Positions 31,072-40,797 of a stretch of 64,000 nucleotides of DNA are shown one piece after another. The DNA lies in contig SMSO01000032.1 of the NCBI GenBank assembly GCA_004764695.1, forward strand, positions 5,860,483 to 5,924,482, written 5' to 3'. Made by a program: the position numbers and the translations under genes. Below the pieces are notes generated by a model. The model saw only the letters and a program-made list of their open reading frames with translations, was not told the origin of the DNA and did not search any database. The DNA is from Schizochytrium sp. TIO01. Taxonomy: Eukaryota; Protista; Bigyra: Labyrinthulomycetes. Position 1 is the first letter of the stretch. Each line of letters begins with the position of its first letter.

Positions 31072-33600
31072 CTATAATTCATCAAATGTTCTCATATACG
31101 TCCCATCTAGACCATCTTCACCATACTGGAAACTAACAACCTGACCATTGGTCATATTCTGTACAATACGTGAACCCGAACCGGCGTCGTTCACAACAAT
31201 TCTCTCAAGAGTCTTAACGAGACGCCGCTGTTGATCACCCGTCACACTTGTTTTACATGATGTGTCGATCAAATTGATGCGAGATGGTTTAGCGTGTGAC
31301 CAAAACTCGATCGGTGTCAGGCCCTTGATAAATGAGTTCTTAATAAAGCCACGTGCCTCTAGAGAGTAATCAAACTTTGTTAAATGAGGTAGATACCTTG
31401 TTTCATTGCTCATCTCAGGAAGCAGACGGCCTTGGGCGCTAAACTGTTGTGAAAGCATCCGAGTAATTTGATTAAAGTTGACCATCGAACCCTTTGAACC
31501 AGCGTTGATCATGTCTAGAATTCTATTACTACCAATGCAAGACTCAGGGGCTGCAATCTGGGTAATGCTATTTAAAGCAGCACAAAGCTTATCCTCATCT
31601 GGCATCCTTCCACGCATTTCCAAGTCTTCGCGGATTACCCTATCAACACCATCAATGTTTAGGGGCGTGTGCTCTACTACACAATCCGAAATACCCACTG
31701 AGAAACCATGGTAGTCCATAAAATGCTCTGCCACACGTTGTACACGTTCCAAAAATAGACACGCTTTATTATGGCCATACATGAGAAAAACTCTATGAAT
31801 GAGACTATTATCAGCAATCCCTAATGTAGCCTTAGTAAATGTAGCCTCTATAATTTCACCATTTCGAATGAGAACTCCTGCATGATTATAGTGTTCTCCA
31901 AGATCAATTTCCAGATCCCGCAAGACACAGTTGATGAGCTGGAAACCGACATACAGCCGCCTGGGTTTAAGTAGGACTGGGATAATAAAGTCCTCATACG
32001 CAACCTCCACACCAGCTTGATACAAAATGCTTCCAAAATCAACCTCTTCTAAGGGGTGGTTAGACATCAAATGAGCACCAAGTAAACTATCTTGAGTAAG
32101 ACCTAGTAAAGGCTTACTACTTTGACTACACACGATACTACTACTCATCATCATGAGCTCTTCGAGTTCAGCTCGAGCCTCGTCACTTTGGGGAACATGA
32201 ATATTAAATTCATCTCCATCGCAATCACCATTAAATGATGGTAAGCTTGAATAGTTTAATCTGATTGTGTCGCAAGGGAACATCCTGACCCGCATGGCTG
32301 TCATAGAGCCTCTGTGAAGACTCGGTTGCCTATTTACAGCCACAATATCCCCATTCTCCAAACTACGCTCGATAGTATCACCGACCTCCACGAATTCAGC
32401 GACATTACTTAAAAGACTAGCATCAAACCTTTTACCATTAGACCTTTTTGTTACATAACGTATAGACCACTTTGTAAGCATATGTTGATTATATACATTG
32501 ACAACGCGTGGAACAGTCAAGTTTTTACAAATAGAGATCGGAAGACCCACTTCATTTAGACCCAACTTGGGATCACCCGAGAGGACGCTTCGTGCAGAGA
32601 ATTCAACTCGCTTACCCATTAAATTACCCCGTACAATGCCCTTTTTACGATCTATCATTTGACGCAGTCCACCGGCATCAGACGTTTTTACGCGTAAGGA
32701 TTGTGTTGTGTTTTTAATGTCAAAAAGGATATTTACAGCATCTTGTAGTTCGTGATGGTACTCTTCAATAAGGCCACTATGGAGTTTTCGTTCTATAGCG
32801 TTCCGTAATTGAGCATTCTTTTTCAGGATTGTACTGTAAAGACTTGTAATGTGACTGGGATACCACGTTCCCTTTGAAACATTGGGGAAACGAACTGTTA
32901 TAGGTAGAATTGGAAGATTTTCTATAAAAACAGCATCAGCCAAGTCCCGGTAGGATTCAAAAACCTTGTTGTCCAAAACTTGCATGTAAGTATCTTTAGG
33001 GATGCTAGCAATGAATTGATAAACCTCGAAACTAGAGACGATAATTTCATTCCCATTCTCATCGGGCACTGTTCTCTTGAAGTAAAATTTCAAACCAGCA
33101 CGTTTCATTGCATTTGCCAAAATGTTATCCATTAACTCCTCACCCTCCTCCTCCTGGCCCTGATGATCTTCGGAAAGTTTACGCCTCTTTTTGGCCGATC
33201 GCACACTTGACCTAAGAGGGTGTTGTTTTCGCACTTTTGAAAGCTTGTAGTAAAAGTGCTTTTCCTTACAATCCGCCTTTCCACATTTACCACAAAATGT
33301 TTTTAGAATCATAGTTAACAGAGGTTTGATAAACATCGGATTAACCACAGGACGAATAAGGACGCAATGTCCGAAATGACCTGGACAGTCTCGGGAGCTC
33401 TTTTTACATGTCCCACAAGGCATGTTTAGAAATGCACCAAAGCGTAAGTCATGAAGCGTGTTGTTATTCTTGAATATAACTGTTGGCGAGGCAACATCAA
33501 CAATGACTTTAGAAATTGAAGACGCAATCTCTACATTACTTGTTGGTTGAAAAACAACGCGACCAATCTCTTTATCCTCAATGTTCATGACCATGTTCAA
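31072..33600 (-). CDS. rpb1: DNA-directed RNA polymerase largest subunit, N-terminal half (split RPB1)
   Basis: CGTC...CPGHFGH, RGNLMGKRVEFSARSV, NRQPSLHR, FNGDCDGDEFN, SGSKG-like AGSKG, bridge helix; ends just after YGEDG at 842 aa. Confidence 0.95.
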   Translation of the reverse strand: MNMVMNIEDKEIGRVVFQPTSNVEIASSISKVIVDVASPTVIFKNNNTLHDLRFGAFLNMPCGTCKKSSRDCPGHFGHCVLIRPVVNPMFIKPLLTMILKTFCGKCGKADCKEKHFYYKLSKVRKQHPLRSSVRSAKKRRKLSEDHQGQEEEGEELMDNILANAMKRAGLKFYFKRTVPDENGNEIIVSSFEVYQFIASIPKDTYMQVLDNKVFESYRDLADAVFIENLPILPITVRFPNVSKGTWYPSHITSLYSTILKKNAQLRNAIERKLHSGLIEEYHHELQDAVNILFDIKNTTQSLRVKTSDAGGLRQMIDRKKGIVRGNLMGKRVEFSARSVLSGDPKLGLNEVGLPISICKNLTVPRVVNVYNQHMLTKWSIRYVTKRSNGKRFDASLLSNVAEFVEVGDTIERSLENGDIVAVNRQPSLHRGSMTAMRVRMFPCDTIRLNYSSLPSFNGDCDGDEFNIHVPQSDEARAELEELMMMSSSIVCSQSSKPLLGLTQDSLLGAHLMSNHPLEEVDFGSILYQAGVEVAYEDFIIPVLLKPRRLYVGFQLINCVLRDLEIDLGEHYNHAGVLIRNGEIIEATFTKATLGIADNSLIHRVFLMYGHNKACLFLERVQRVAEHFMDYHGFSVGISDCVVEHTPLNIDGVDRVIREDLEMRGRMPDEDKLCAALNSITQIAAPESCIGSNRILDMINAGSKGSMVNFNQITRMLSQQFSAQGRLLPEMSNETRYLPHLTKFDYSLEARGFIKNSFIKGLTPIEFWSHAKPSRINLIDTSCKTSVTGDQQRRLVKTLERIVVNDAGSGSRIVQNMTNGQVVSFQYGEDGLDGTYMRTFDEL

Positions 33601-33641
33601 TTGGTCTTACACATAATGTATTCGCAATATATCATTAATCT

Positions 33642-36600
33642 TTACTTTGTTGTCTTTGCGAAGAAGCTACTGATGAGTTCCTTAGACTTGAGTGGTTTAA
33701 CGGCCTTTTTATCAATCTTTTTCTTTTTCGGAGGGGGTGCGGTGACATTTTTGAGCACCTTACCATCTAATGATAAAGATACTTGACGCGTAGAGTATTT
33801 TTCCGAAATGTCCGGCCCTTCCTCGGACCTTATACGCTTGTTCGTTACATACGTTTGACAACCCAAGTGACTTAACATGTCTCCCTCCCTAGACGAAGCC
33901 ACAGAGGTCTCGGTGTAGCTGGATGGACGCAGTAACTTCTCCGATTTTAATCTACCGAATGCATACTCCAAATAAGTACGCATGGGTTTATCAATGAACG
34001 TTGTGGAGTAGTAATTGTAATCAAGCGGAACGTTTTGCAATGAGCGGGCAAGCTCCATATCAATAAGAGCATGCTGGACATCGGTGCGTTTGTGCTCTTT
34101 GCGGAGAACGACATATTCAAACCGTTCACCTAGAACGGGACATTCGGCAGGCCCTAAACGGCTCACCATGCGCTTCCAACAATCAATGTGAGCTCCTGGC
34201 TTTCCATTGCCTGACCCACCTATCTTGTTGATCTTTTTAGTAATACCAAATTCTTCCAAGGGGATCCTACCCGCAAATAGATCTTCCATGGTGGACTTCA
34301 CGTGATTGTACGCAGCATCCTCATCCTTTTCGACGATGAATTTTTCAAAAAATCCTTTCATTGCCCTCGTACATAAAAGCGCAGTATCACGGCGAATATA
34401 ACGGATACCCATGGCTTTGAGTTTAAATTTGGTTGGGTCATTTTCATAGAGAGCCCCGATGTAGTTTTTCTTTTTAGAAATCATAAAGGGGTAAAAGGTT
34501 TTTTCATACTCAAAGTTGTGAGGCGCATATCCTTTGAGGCAGTCTACACGAAAACTTTTCTCAATGAGATGGCCATACGAAATCGCCTTCTCAATACTCA
34601 CACCAGGCAGTTTGAAGAAAATTGAATCTGTGTCACCATAAATGACAATCGCAGCAAGAGGTTCTCCTGTCAACCTAGTATAATTTGCTTCTACGTACTC
34701 TTTGAACATGACTAGCATAAAACGACCACGCCCCGTAATAGTTCGCGCAAGTGGCAACAAAGGAACGGTCGCGTCTTTGGAACCCAACATACCATACAGT
34801 GAATTCATGACGATCTTTGTTCCCAGTTGAATGGATTCGTACACATTATATCCATCAGAGTCTGCATCGAATTGGTCGCGTGCATTCTTGGCTTCTTTGC
34901 GTTCGCGCGCCAGATCAGTTTGCATCTTAACAAAGATACCTTCATGAACACGCTTGGCAATAAAATACTCTTTGTCGATGAGTTTATAGTCATCAGGGTG
35001 CAATACACGATCATGATCATCCAGACAGTAAGTATCCCAACTCAAATTATCACAACGCATCACACTAGGGTAAAGAGAAGCAGCATCACAGACCACAACA
35101 GGATCTTTGTGATAACCAACAGTAGGTTCAAGTACAAACGCACCATCGTAGCTCCCTTCAAAGGTTGGCTTCTGACTTTTGGTAAAACTCGGGATGAGGA
35201 AGTTTGATGCACGAGTATAATGCTGAATCTTGCTAATGAGCTTAAATACTAGCCCCTTGTCCAAGACGACATTGACATTTGTACCAAGGACACTAGCCAT
35301 ACCAAGCGATTTCACGACCAACGACGCAACGCGGTCAAGTGACAACAACAAAAGCGAATCTTTTAGACAGTATTTTGCGATCGTAGCTCTCCCCTGGGGA
35401 CTCTTAAAAAATTCAGGAATATCACGATACCTGAGATCCTCTTTATTGTCATCGTGCAAAAAATGTGAGCAAACAGACTTCAATGAGTATGACCGAAGTC
35501 GCAAGGTAACATCACCCTTTAATATTTCGAACATATCCATCATGGTCATACCAGGTGAATTGTAAATATTCACAAGACGTTCTCCACTTTGATTACTAGA
35601 ACGTGATACCTTTTGAAAGCTCAATTTACAACCACGCCTCCATGTCAACTCTTTTGCGTAGGAAATACGTAGAACATCCATCCGGCTAAGAATGTAAGGC
35701 ATATCAAATTGGTTGCTATTGTAACCAATCATGAATTCGATCGAATACTCGCGTACAAGTTTAGCAAAGTAAACTAGCATCTGGTCTTCCGATTCAAACG
35801 ATATGTAGTCATCTGAACTAGGCGTCTCCTGTAAGCATAGAACACCCTGGCGAATAATATCTTTCGTTCCATCTGAAATAACAAATGAAATCTGAATCAC
35901 AGGACAACTTTCTGGATAAGGGAAGACGTTCACATCATAAGTGAGACATTCAATGTCAAAGTACATATTTCTGGGAATGTAAAGTGGTACGTCTGGATCT
36001 TGTGTGCGATAGAGCTTAGTACAAGAACCAATATGGTACTTTGCCGTACAGCTAAGTTTGTTTTCAGCAAGTTTTATGCCCTCAAATGTGACGGCAGTAC
36101 CAGTAGCAATATCATGGGATACCATGAACTTCGAGACCGGGCAGAGATTAGCCTCAAAAAATAACCAGCCAGGGTGTTTTTTAGAAAGACGCGCAAACAG
36201 AGCCTTGGTGACGGTCGGGCTGAGAGTGTAGATTTTGATAAATTTCCCACACTTACGCTGGAACCCATACACTGACTTGTGATCGTTAACAATCTCAAAC
36301 TTCAACACAAGTTCACAGTTTGTGTTTACTAGGATATGTCCCCCTTGGCGGGGTACTTCTTTTCCAGAGTTCATGATGGACCTAAATCTATCGGGAAAGA
36401 GATGGTTATTATAAAACCATACTTGATTATTAACGACACGTACAACTTCCTGGTATCGGGGGTGATTTCCTGACGAAGCCGGTCCATCTTCATTTCGAAT
36501 CTGTACATAAAAAAAGTCACAGAGGGGTTTGGTGATCAGATATGTCGTTGAACGATCACGTGCATCACGCGCATAGATGAAAGCATTGGCGCCACTAACA

Positions 36601-37097
36601 GTGTCTTCCCAATCGACATTGACTATGTGGGCAGTGCCTTTAAATGATTCTTCAGGTAGTTCCTCATGAACTCTCGATCGCTTGATAGAAATAGAGTTCA
36701 AATGCGCATCCGGAGGTTTCTTGTTTGTGTCAGATTTCTGGCCGAGATCATGTTTCGAATCACAGTCATTGTAAATGACGTTACTTCTTCTCTTGAGTGC
36801 ACTAAGCTCTTCAACAAAAGAATCCACATTGGATTTCTCATGTAGATTATGCAAAAATGTTTCCCAGATTCGCTTCACGTTATTGAAATGATGGGTATCA
36901 CCAATTTGATCAATGTCGGAAACCGTTGAAGTTTCTAGGGCAAGTCGAATGTCATCCTGTACAGTCATCAATCCATTGATGATCTGCGTCCATGACTCTA
37001 CATATGAAGGGTCGTCTTCAAACACATCAATCTTATGCACAATGCCCAGTGCCTTCGCGTTCTCCAAGAGTTTAGAATCCATTTTTTTTCTATTCAA
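33642..37097 (-). CDS. polB: Family B DNA polymerase (delta-like); first ATG at 37082
   Basis: ExoI FDIEC, ExoII GYNSNQFD, ExoIII YCLKDS; Pol DAASLYPS, K...NSLYG, YGDTDS, KKNY. Confidence 0.98.
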   Translation of the reverse strand: MNRKKMDSKLLENAKALGIVHKIDVFEDDPSYVESWTQIINGLMTVQDDIRLALETSTVSDIDQIGDTHHFNNVKRIWETFLHNLHEKSNVDSFVEELSALKRRSNVIYNDCDSKHDLGQKSDTNKKPPDAHLNSISIKRSRVHEELPEESFKGTAHIVNVDWEDTVSGANAFIYARDARDRSTTYLITKPLCDFFYVQIRNEDGPASSGNHPRYQEVVRVVNNQVWFYNNHLFPDRFRSIMNSGKEVPRQGGHILVNTNCELVLKFEIVNDHKSVYGFQRKCGKFIKIYTLSPTVTKALFARLSKKHPGWLFFEANLCPVSKFMVSHDIATGTAVTFEGIKLAENKLSCTAKYHIGSCTKLYRTQDPDVPLYIPRNMYFDIECLTYDVNVFPYPESCPVIQISFVISDGTKDIIRQGVLCLQETPSSDDYISFESEDQMLVYFAKLVREYSIEFMIGYNSNQFDMPYILSRMDVLRISYAKELTWRRGCKLSFQKVSRSSNQSGERLVNIYNSPGMTMMDMFEILKGDVTLRLRSYSLKSVCSHFLHDDNKEDLRYRDIPEFFKSPQGRATIAKYCLKDSLLLLSLDRVASLVVKSLGMASVLGTNVNVVLDKGLVFKLISKIQHYTRASNFLIPSFTKSQKPTFEGSYDGAFVLEPTVGYHKDPVVVCDAASLYPSVMRCDNLSWDTYCLDDHDRVLHPDDYKLIDKEYFIAKRVHEGIFVKMQTDLARERKEAKNARDQFDADSDGYNVYESIQLGTKIVMNSLYGMLGSKDATVPLLPLARTITGRGRFMLVMFKEYVEANYTRLTGEPLAAIVIYGDTDSIFFKLPGVSIEKAISYGHLIEKSFRVDCLKGYAPHNFEYEKTFYPFMISKKKNYIGALYENDPTKFKLKAMGIRYIRRDTALLCTRAMKGFFEKFIVEKDEDAAYNHVKSTMEDLFAGRIPLEEFGITKKINKIGGSGNGKPGAHIDCWKRMVSRLGPAECPVLGERFEYVVLRKEHKRTDVQHALIDMELARSLQNVPLDYNYYSTTFIDKPMRTYLEYAFGRLKSEKLLRPSSYTETSVASSREGDMLSHLGCQTYVTNKRIRSEEGPDISEKYSTRQVSLSLDGKVLKNVTAPPPKKKKIDKKAVKPLKSKELISSFFAKTTK

Positions 37098-37144
37098 TCA
37101 AGAAGAGTATAGCAGATGGAGTTTCAATTGGCTGACGATGCGGT

Positions 37145-37157
37145 GTTAAGGTTTTGC
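37145..37157 (-). promoter_or_regulatory. Putative early motif GCAAAACCTTAAC (PolB)
   Basis: Reverse complement of gttaaggttttgc, about 60 nt 5' of the ATG. Confidence 0.65.
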
Positions 37158-37196
37158 TGCCCTTCAGCACCGTAATTATCAATGCAATGAATTTTA

Positions 37197-37362
37197 TTCG
37201 AGAAACAATTTCACTCTGGCTCTTTTCGGGCGAACTGCGCAGTTTTAACGCGAATGAACATTTTGAACTAGGTTCTCGTTGCTAGTTGTCGCAATGCCCC
37301 TCTACATCGGCTATTTGACTAATTTGCACGATAACTTCAATCGTGTTCCAGGAACATTCGTT
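37197..37362. promoter_or_regulatory. Single copy of the array-A regulatory module upstream of PolB
   Basis: TTCGAGAAAC at 37197 (reverse complement of array-A GTTTCTCGAA), TTGACTAA at 37315, TGTTCC-A-GGAACATTCGTT at 37344-37362. Confidence 0.55.
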
Positions 37363-37506
37363 CCTCAACTGATTTACATCTTACTCGGTGATGTGTTTGA
37401 GGTTGCGCATTAATAGATTATCAAACTAATCAATATGATGCATTTAATAACCTACATATTAAAAACTCAAAAAAAAGTATAAATTGATTGACTTTATTAT
37501 AATGTT

Positions 37507-38334
37507 TTATTGGCCTACAAGCTTTTTCCAGATACTACGCTTGTTTCTCTCACCATCACGCTGAGACGTAGCAGAGGGAAACTTGTAAACATTCCGCTTA
37601 TCACGCGTCTGAATAAGCTTATGGATAAGGTTTCCAATCGGCAAAAAATTATCAACATGCACATTGTCATTGTTTTGCCTTTTGGAAGGGTAGAGAGGGA
37701 GCGACATGATATGCATATGAAGATGCATCTTGCTATTGAAAGGTGGCTTCATAAAGCCCATAACGAAGCCTGTAAGCTCGATACTAGCTTCGTCATCAAT
37801 GGTGTCCTGAGCGTACTTCTTAGGGGGGCGACCTGTCAGTGGCATTCCGGCGTTTACCCACTCTTGCGCAAGGCGTTTGCCTGCCTCTTCAAGTGCCATG
37901 AGCATATCAAGATGCTCAACGCCTAGTTGGGAACAATCCTCGATGTCTTCAAAGACAAGAATCAAACGATGAAAGCGACTAGCAGGGTCTTTATCATCAA
38001 TGACAGCAAAATCGTTGCCATAAAGATGCTCGCCTTCTGACTCAAGCTGATGAGCCAAATCGCGAAAATCATTATCATCGCCATGATGGTGCACCCATCG
38101 ATTCCACTTGGCCTTATGATATTCAGAAAGCCTGACGTAAGTCTCATCCCGTGACTCACAGCCTTCACTCATCACAAGGTCAAGATGTAGAGAATCGAGC
38201 GTGCTTAACACTCCATCAATTTGATCCAAACTTAGCCCAACATCACTAGAAAGCGCATTGGCAAATGCGTCACTAAGATGCGTCATCCTTCTCCCTGGTC
38301 TCTTGAGTTCGGGGTTTGATACTAAAGAAAACAT
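37507..38334 (-). CDS. HIT-family nucleotide hydrolase (HINT3-like); probable start 38286
   Basis: IDDKDPASRFH and GFMKPPFNSKMHLHMH (HxHxH triad in a PPF.S context). Confidence 0.8.
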   Translation of the reverse strand: MFSLVSNPELKRPGRRMTHLSDAFANALSSDVGLSLDQIDGVLSTLDSLHLDLVMSEGCESRDETYVRLSEYHKAKWNRWVHHHGDDNDFRDLAHQLESEGEHLYGNDFAVIDDKDPASRFHRLILVFEDIEDCSQLGVEHLDMLMALEEAGKRLAQEWVNAGMPLTGRPPKKYAQDTIDDEASIELTGFVMGFMKPPFNSKMHLHMHIMSLPLYPSKRQNNDNVHVDNFLPIGNLIHKLIQTRDKRNVYKFPSATSQRDGERNKRSIWKKLVGQ

Positions 38335-38344
38335 TTGTTTACAT

Positions 38345-39055
38345 TTAACTAGTACTAGAGGAACTAGGACTCTGATTCATACGAACATTAAGGAACCCAT
38401 TCACCATAGCGAGCTGAATGGACATCGAAAGTTCTTCTGGAAAGGCAGGGAACTTACTCATGTCATTCTCAGAAGGGAATGTCGAAGCCCAGAAGAACAA
38501 GTCCTTGTGGAGAAATTTCATAAATACAAGACTCCGTCGGAGGAACAAATCTTCCCACGGAGAGTTATAGTTTCCTACCAATGCATAATTGACAATAGAC
38601 TGGTATACACTTACAACAAAATTCGCATGATCAATAAAGTTCATTCGAGGATTCTTTGACTTGACTTCCTCAAACCCAATACGTTCAACGAACTTCATGA
38701 GAATCTTATCAAAGTACTCTCCAATCTTTAGCTCGGGGCCGACCTTTGCATCCAGTGATTCGTTGAACTTTCCTAAGTTATTCCGGAACTCATCGTCCAA
38801 AAGAGAACGACAGAAACTATGATGGGGAATCATGTGACATAATGACATGTACTGATTCAGAGCCATAATTAACCAGAACCGAGGATTCTTCATACTTGAA
38901 CCACCATATTCCAACAAACCACGGGTAATAACACTAGCATCACGGAATGACTTGGCACGGTAACGATAGTATTCGTCCGGACTAATGCTTTCACTCTCTA
39001 CGTTAGAGGAAGGTACTGCTGGTGGAACACCTGTAGCAGCAGGAACCGTAGCCAT
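38345..39055 (-). CDS. Hypothetical helical protein (ATG at 39055 preferred)
   Basis: Long ORF; this start avoids overlap with the divergent neighbour. Confidence 0.7.
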   Translation of the reverse strand: MATVPAATGVPPAVPSSNVESESISPDEYYRYRAKSFRDASVITRGLLEYGGSSMKNPRFWLIMALNQYMSLCHMIPHHSFCRSLLDDEFRNNLGKFNESLDAKVGPELKIGEYFDKILMKFVERIGFEEVKSKNPRMNFIDHANFVVSVYQSIVNYALVGNYNSPWEDLFLRRSLVFMKFLHKDLFFWASTFPSENDMSKFPAFPEELSMSIQLAMVNGFLNVRMNQSPSSSSTS

Positions 39056-39123
39056 AGTACCACAATTCAAGTATATGTTCCTTTCGAGACAAATTACACA
39101 TATAGAGTATACGTCAACACAAG

Positions 39124-39582
39124 ATGTCATCCAACGACACAACAATAATCCCCGTGATTAGAGCTACACAATTAGACACAACAGCGGGGCCGTTCTTTAT
39201 CACTCTCCTAAAAAGCCAGTCAACCTCCAAAAAGGTGTGGAGAGTTTCCCAACGCGATGCAGAGCACATCGGCTTCAACCCATCGGGCGTTCAAAGTTTC
39301 ACCGTCAACCACCGAGAACTGAGTTCTCTATTCGGTTCAAACTTGATGGCGAAATACCATTTCTATCAAACCTTTCACACCATTCTCATGTTCAATAGAT
39401 TAAACCTCGCATCTCCTACAAAGTTATATACCCACTTCGACGACAAAAACCGCCAATTCATCATTCGGTATAAAATATCAAGGGATGAAAGTGTCACTAT
39501 ACCGGAGATGGTAGCAAGCCCTTATGTTTCATTACAATTAGTCAACTCTCCGCCCAGTCTGAAAATGATTTTCAAGTATTAA
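39124..39582 (+). CDS. Hypothetical protein
   Basis: 152-aa ATG ORF. Confidence 0.65.
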   Translation: MSSNDTTIIPVIRATQLDTTAGPFFITLLKSQSTSKKVWRVSQRDAEHIGFNPSGVQSFTVNHRELSSLFGSNLMAKYHFYQTFHTILMFNRLNLASPTKLYTHFDDKNRQFIIRYKISRDESVTIPEMVASPYVSLQLVNSPPSLKMIFKY

Positions 39583-39616
39583 TATTACTTATGATAAATG
39601 TTCCATAAACTAGTCG

Positions 39617-40744
39617 CTATTCTTTCTCGAAAGCTTCTTCATGTGTTCTCTTGGAACAACCCGAATCGGGAGAGTCATACTCAAACGGGTCCAAGTCGTG
39701 GTAAAGTTTTGCTACTTCCCGGACGTGCTCAGGTAACATCGTTGATTGACATTCGGCAAGTATTGATTTGGCGCGGTCTTGGAAGATGGCATCAACGTGT
39801 TGATCATGGCGATCAAGCGGAATCTCTAGAATGTCGAGCGCATCACGGGAGCCAATTTTTTGGCTATCAACCACAATCAAGTACATACCAATCACCCGCG
39901 CATGCTTCTCGCGAAACATACGTTCAAACATACGTCGGTAAATGCTGAGTTGAATGCCATATTTGACAATAGGCATGTTCCTCTGCATCATCAAGCTAGG
40001 GAGATGCTTGCCTCGAGACGACTCACTTAGTTCATGAATTGGTTTTCGCGGGTTCTTAGGGGGCCTTTTCACACCACCCTTACAACGTTTATAATCAATG
40101 ATGACATAACCATCCTTTTCCGGATTGTACAACAGGCCGTCAATCATGCCACTGATATGCAGCTCTGGATGAAACATGCAAAACTCAGTGCGATAAAACT
40201 CATGTGCACCACGATGAATACCAAAATATTCGCAAAACTCCTCAAAGTATGCATACTCAGGAACACTTGCGCGCAAACGCTCACAAGTTGCATCATACGT
40301 GGACTTGTAATCATCAGGATTGTCTAGGTAATAAGCCGTCATGTTTCCCATATCCTCAAAGTGCCCATGCATGATCGTTCCAGCCGTAGCACCCTCAGAC
40401 CATTTCGATCGAATATTCTCCACCGTCCGACAACCATAATACCGATATGACACATCTGTGTCAACAAGCTCCTTGTGTGTTGGACTTGCCAAAATACGGA
40501 CTGCAACAGGATCTAAGTTCGTAGGAAAGTAATATGAAATAATACCAGTGGTTGACTTCAAAGGTAAACACCCCAATCCATCCGATGTAGATACCCAATC
40601 CTCTAGATAGGGACTAAAACACGTATAAGAATGATCAGCCTCCGTGAAGTGGATCAACCGATCGTAACGTGTCGCATTCTTTGAAGCACCCTCCAAATAC
40701 CGCACCTTTAGAGGGGCAACTGCGCTAGACACCGACATGGACAC
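39617..40744 (-). CDS. PD-(D/E)XK RecB-like exonuclease
   Basis: GTIMH, RTE, ISGMIDGL, IIDYKR, QLSIY motifs; GCAAACCCTTAAC upstream at 40758-40770. Confidence 0.85.
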   Translation of the reverse strand: MSMSVSSAVAPLKVRYLEGASKNATRYDRLIHFTEADHSYTCFSPYLEDWVSTSDGLGCLPLKSTTGIISYYFPTNLDPVAVRILASPTHKELVDTDVSYRYYGCRTVENIRSKWSEGATAGTIMHGHFEDMGNMTAYYLDNPDDYKSTYDATCERLRASVPEYAYFEEFCEYFGIHRGAHEFYRTEFCMFHPELHISGMIDGLLYNPEKDGYVIIDYKRCKGGVKRPPKNPRKPIHELSESSRGKHLPSLMMQRNMPIVKYGIQLSIYRRMFERMFREKHARVIGMYLIVVDSQKIGSRDALDILEIPLDRHDQHVDAIFQDRAKSILAECQSTMLPEHVREVAKLYHDLDPFEYDSPDSGCSKRTHEEAFEKE

Positions 40745-40797
40745 AACAACAAAAACAGTTAAGGGTTTGCTTTCAAAATATATTCAATATCTTTATT

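Noticed and set aside
33642-37097. Inteins or introns in PolB, RNR, RPB1 or topo II
   Set aside because: Conserved motifs are contiguous at normal spacing; no splicing motifs or insertions visible
37213-37225. 13-bp match ACTCTGGCTCTTT with 49382-49394
   Set aside because: Only two copies at different distances from their start codons; cannot be told from chance
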